A stretch of DNA of 64,000 nucleotides. Source: Hemiscyllium ocellatum. Its lineage: Eukaryota. The stretch spans positions 806,001-870,000 of the forward strand of contig NW_026867509.1 of NCBI RefSeq assembly GCF_020745735.1. Reading direction: 5' to 3'. The translations under genes were made by a program, and so were the position numbers. The notes beneath the pieces were generated by a model, which did no database searches, had not been told where the DNA came from, and saw only the letters and a list, made by a program, of their open reading frames with translations. This document shows positions 61,085 to 64,000 of this stretch, in pieces (position 1 is the first letter of the stretch; every line of letters starts with the position of its first letter).

Positions 61085-62194
61085 GAGACAAACCAGCGAT
61101 GTTTGTCTCGTCTCAGATATAGGGCACCATTTAAAACAGCATTACGAGAGTTCCATGCAGTCGATACATTCTAACAATGGTTCCTCTGGGATCTTAATGC
61201 TATTTACTCGCCAGTTTTCGTGAGGTTTCTTGAGGTGAAGTTATCATCAGGAATATTCACATTATACATACTTTAAAAGTAACAGCGCTCTTGTAAAGTT
61301 ATTAGTTATTTATCAGAATTGCAGGCTTACAGGTTAATCCGATTTATTTTGTCAACAAATTCCGTCCACGACCCCTTCCGCATCATCTTCGAAACTCACA
61401 AACTCTCCAATTCAGGACAAAGAATCAAAGTTACCTGAGCAACAGAAGCTTCAAAATCCAGGCCAAAGCATACATACCATTCCGAGTTTGAACTTCATAA
61501 TGATTATTGCACATCCGCCAATTGAAAATCCTAGCCGTCCCTTCTTAATATCATTGGGGTGCACACTCACTAGACTGACAGTCGGTGGCATCGTGGCAAC
61601 GTCAGTGGCTTGCAATCCAGCTGCTCAGATTATGTCTTACTGTTCATGGATCCCATCATTCCATCTGGAGGTATTTGGGCGTGAACTTCTCATAATATGT
61701 AGTTAGAGCCTTGTGATTGGAAATGCCAAGATACTCCCATTAGTGTGTTTTGAACAATATATTGTGTCACTTCAGTGAATTCGTTGGTCTGTTACTGAAA
61801 CACTGCTGCAATGAAGGCAAATTTGGAAAATCCAACTGATTCCTTCATCCAAACATGGATACAGGGTAATTGGCCAAATGTTAAATGAACAATTCCTTGA
61901 ATATTTTAGCTAGTTAGACAGATGTTTAATTAATAAGAGAGCCAAGGGATATAATAGTAAGGCAGTAAATGGATATTCAGATCATTAAATCATCCATAAT
62001 GCCAGTGAAAAGCAGAGTTCCAAATGGACTTAATGTCCAATAGCTTGCCCATACATCCCATACTTTATTGCTTTCTAACAGTTATTGATGAAATTCTGCT
62101 TGATGTTTATAGACATAGAAAGTTAACACTCTATGTCCCCACACAGTCACTGTAAACTGATTACATATGCATGTGAATAATCTTCATGCCACTG

Positions 62195-62208
62195 CTGCCT
62201 TCTAGTGG
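62195..62208 (-). promoter_or_regulatory. CTCF-like motif
   Basis: Minus strand ccactagaaggcag, 13/14 match to consensus. Confidence 0.55.
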
Positions 62209-62329
62209 CAGCCAGTCATAATTGAGTTCAGAGGAAGTGCACAATTTCGCGTCATACAGTCACAGAGATGTACAGAACTGAAAGATCTTTTGGTTCAATT
62301 CGTCCATGCTTTCCGGATATCCCAAACAA

Positions 62330-62720
62330 ATCTAGCTCTATTTGAAAGAATTTTGTGCATATCAATCTAAACCCTTCCTATTCATATTCGTTCAGATTCT
62401 TTTTGAATTTTGTCATTGTACCAGCCTCAAACACTTCCTTGAGAAGTTCATTCCATACGTCTGCAATACCCCTCGTGGAAAAGTTGCCTCTTAAATCCCT
62501 TTGAAGTCTTTCTCCTCTCACCTTAAACCTATGCCCTCTATGACTGGGCTGCTCCCTCCGGGAGAAGCAATCTGGCCTGATCGCCCTATCAATGATCCTC
62601 ATGATTTTATGAACTTCTAAAACGTAACCCTGAGCTCCAAAGCTTCAAGAAAACAGTTCCAGCTTGTTCAGCCTCTCATTACAGCTCAACTCTGGCAGAT
62701 TTTTGTAAATCTTTCGACAA
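62330..62720 (-). mobile_element. Decayed CR1 3' fragment
   Basis: HRGHRFKVRGERLQRDLRGNFSTRGIADVWNELL on the minus strand. Confidence 0.8.
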
Positions 62721-63149
62721 TGTGTTCAGCTTTAAGACAGATGCAACTAATGTAGTCATTCATTGTATGGGCATTAATTATTCATTGTTGTAATGATCTT
62801 TCTATCTACTTAGCAATCGAATAATGACTTCAATGAACAAAGTATAATGCACAAAGTGGAGACAATGGCTGCAGTGGAGTTGAACAGGGTGCAATTACAA
62901 AAGAATGTTTTCATCATCGCACAGTCAGCACAAAAATTATAGGCTGCTCAGACTGTTTGTGTTGTGCTATTCTATGACTGACTAAGACTGCAAGTTGCTT
63001 CTCTTTACTGACTCAACAAGAAGTTACGCCACTATCGTTGTTGGTGGTCCTGAGTTGTCACACAGTGACGTGTACCACTGTACAAATGGTGTACTGACAC
63101 AAAGACAGAGCACTCTTATAGACTGTGAATTTCTTTTAATAATTCTTTA

Positions 63150-64000
63150 TTCACATGTGAGACTTGGGTGTCACTGGCTGGCCAGTATTGATAGCTCGTC
63201 CCTATTTGACCTTGAAAAGGTGGTGATGAGCTACCTTCTAAATCGCTGCAGTACACTTGCAGTAGGATAACCTACAATGCTGGTAGGGAGGAAATTCAAA
63301 GAGTTTGACCTAACGACTGTGAAGGACCAAGTCAGAGTGATGAGTGGCTTGGATGGGAACTTGCAGTTGATGTTGTTCCCAAGTACCTGTTGCCCTTTTC
63401 CATCTACATGGACATGATTGTGGGTTTTCTAGTTGCTTTCTTAGGATGCAGGGTGTAGTTCTGCAGTGCATCTTGTAAATGGTACATACTGCTGCAACTG
63501 CGCATCAGTGGTGGAGGAATTCAATGTTTGTATATGTAGTACCAATAAAGTGGGTTGCTTTATCCTGGATGATGTCAAGCTTGTTGAGTGTTGATCCAGC
63601 CGCACGCATCCAGGCAAGAGTGGATTGTTCCATCATACTCGTGACTTGTGCCTTTTAAATATTGTATAGACATTGAGGTGTCAGAAGGTGAGTTACTCGT
63701 CGCAGTATCCCTAGTTACTGACCTGCTGTTGCTGCTATTGTGTTCATGCGGTGAGTCCAATTGAATTTCTGGTCAATGGCAACCAAGGATGTTGCCAGTG
63801 GGGAGTTCTGTGATGGTAGTACCCTTGAACGTCATGGGGCGGTGGTTAGAGTGTCTCTTATTATTGATGATCATTGTCTGCCACTTGTGCGGCGCGAATG
63901 TTACTTGCCATTTGTCGGTCCAAGCACAGATATTTTGTAGATTGTGTTGCATTTGAGCACAGACTGCTTCAGTGCCTGAAGAGTTTCGAATGATGCTGAA
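63150..64000 (-). mobile_element. Decayed non-LTR retrotransposon (CR1/L2-type) 3' fragment
   Basis: Common shark LINE-derived sequence (acttgcctggatgcgtgcggctgg, gtccaattgaatttctggtcaatgg); subfamily not determined. Confidence 0.55.

Overview
Repeat-rich vertebrate DNA that is almost certainly from a cartilaginous fish (shark); it is part of the V region of the T-cell receptor alpha/delta locus. The centrepiece (22.5-29.1 kb) is a complete, apparently functional NAR-TCR cassette. It runs leader exon, IgNAR-like V with 23-RSS, one D (12/12 RSS), a J with a long-spacer RSS, then a 4.8-kb intron to a leaderless supporting TCR-delta V that carries a CDR1 cysteine. That supporting V is followed by three tandem ~60-bp RSS-bearing units, not one. 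The second RSS is a perfect consensus and lies behind an in-frame 19-codon extension that ends in TAG two bases from the coding end. This is the most unusual thing I found. Six conventional TCR alpha/delta-type V segments are also present (about 15.0, 46.5, 47.6, 49.9, 51.1 [inverted] and 54.8 kb), and all are pseudogenes. The first 15 kb is a decayed Gypsy LTR element with Gmr1-type PR-INT-RT-RH order. It holds an old CR1 LINE, which in turn holds an intact two-ORF CR1 (with a U_UUA_AAC slippery site at the ORF1/ORF2 overlap) and a truncated Penelope element with a hammerhead-ribozyme remnant. The rest is CR1 fragments, tRNA-derived SINEs, a GPCR pseudogene, CTCF-like motifs and microsatellites. 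Everything was read by eye. Coordinates of RSSs and exon boundaries were counted directly, boundaries of decayed repeats are approximate, and species and subfamily names cannot be fixed without a search.
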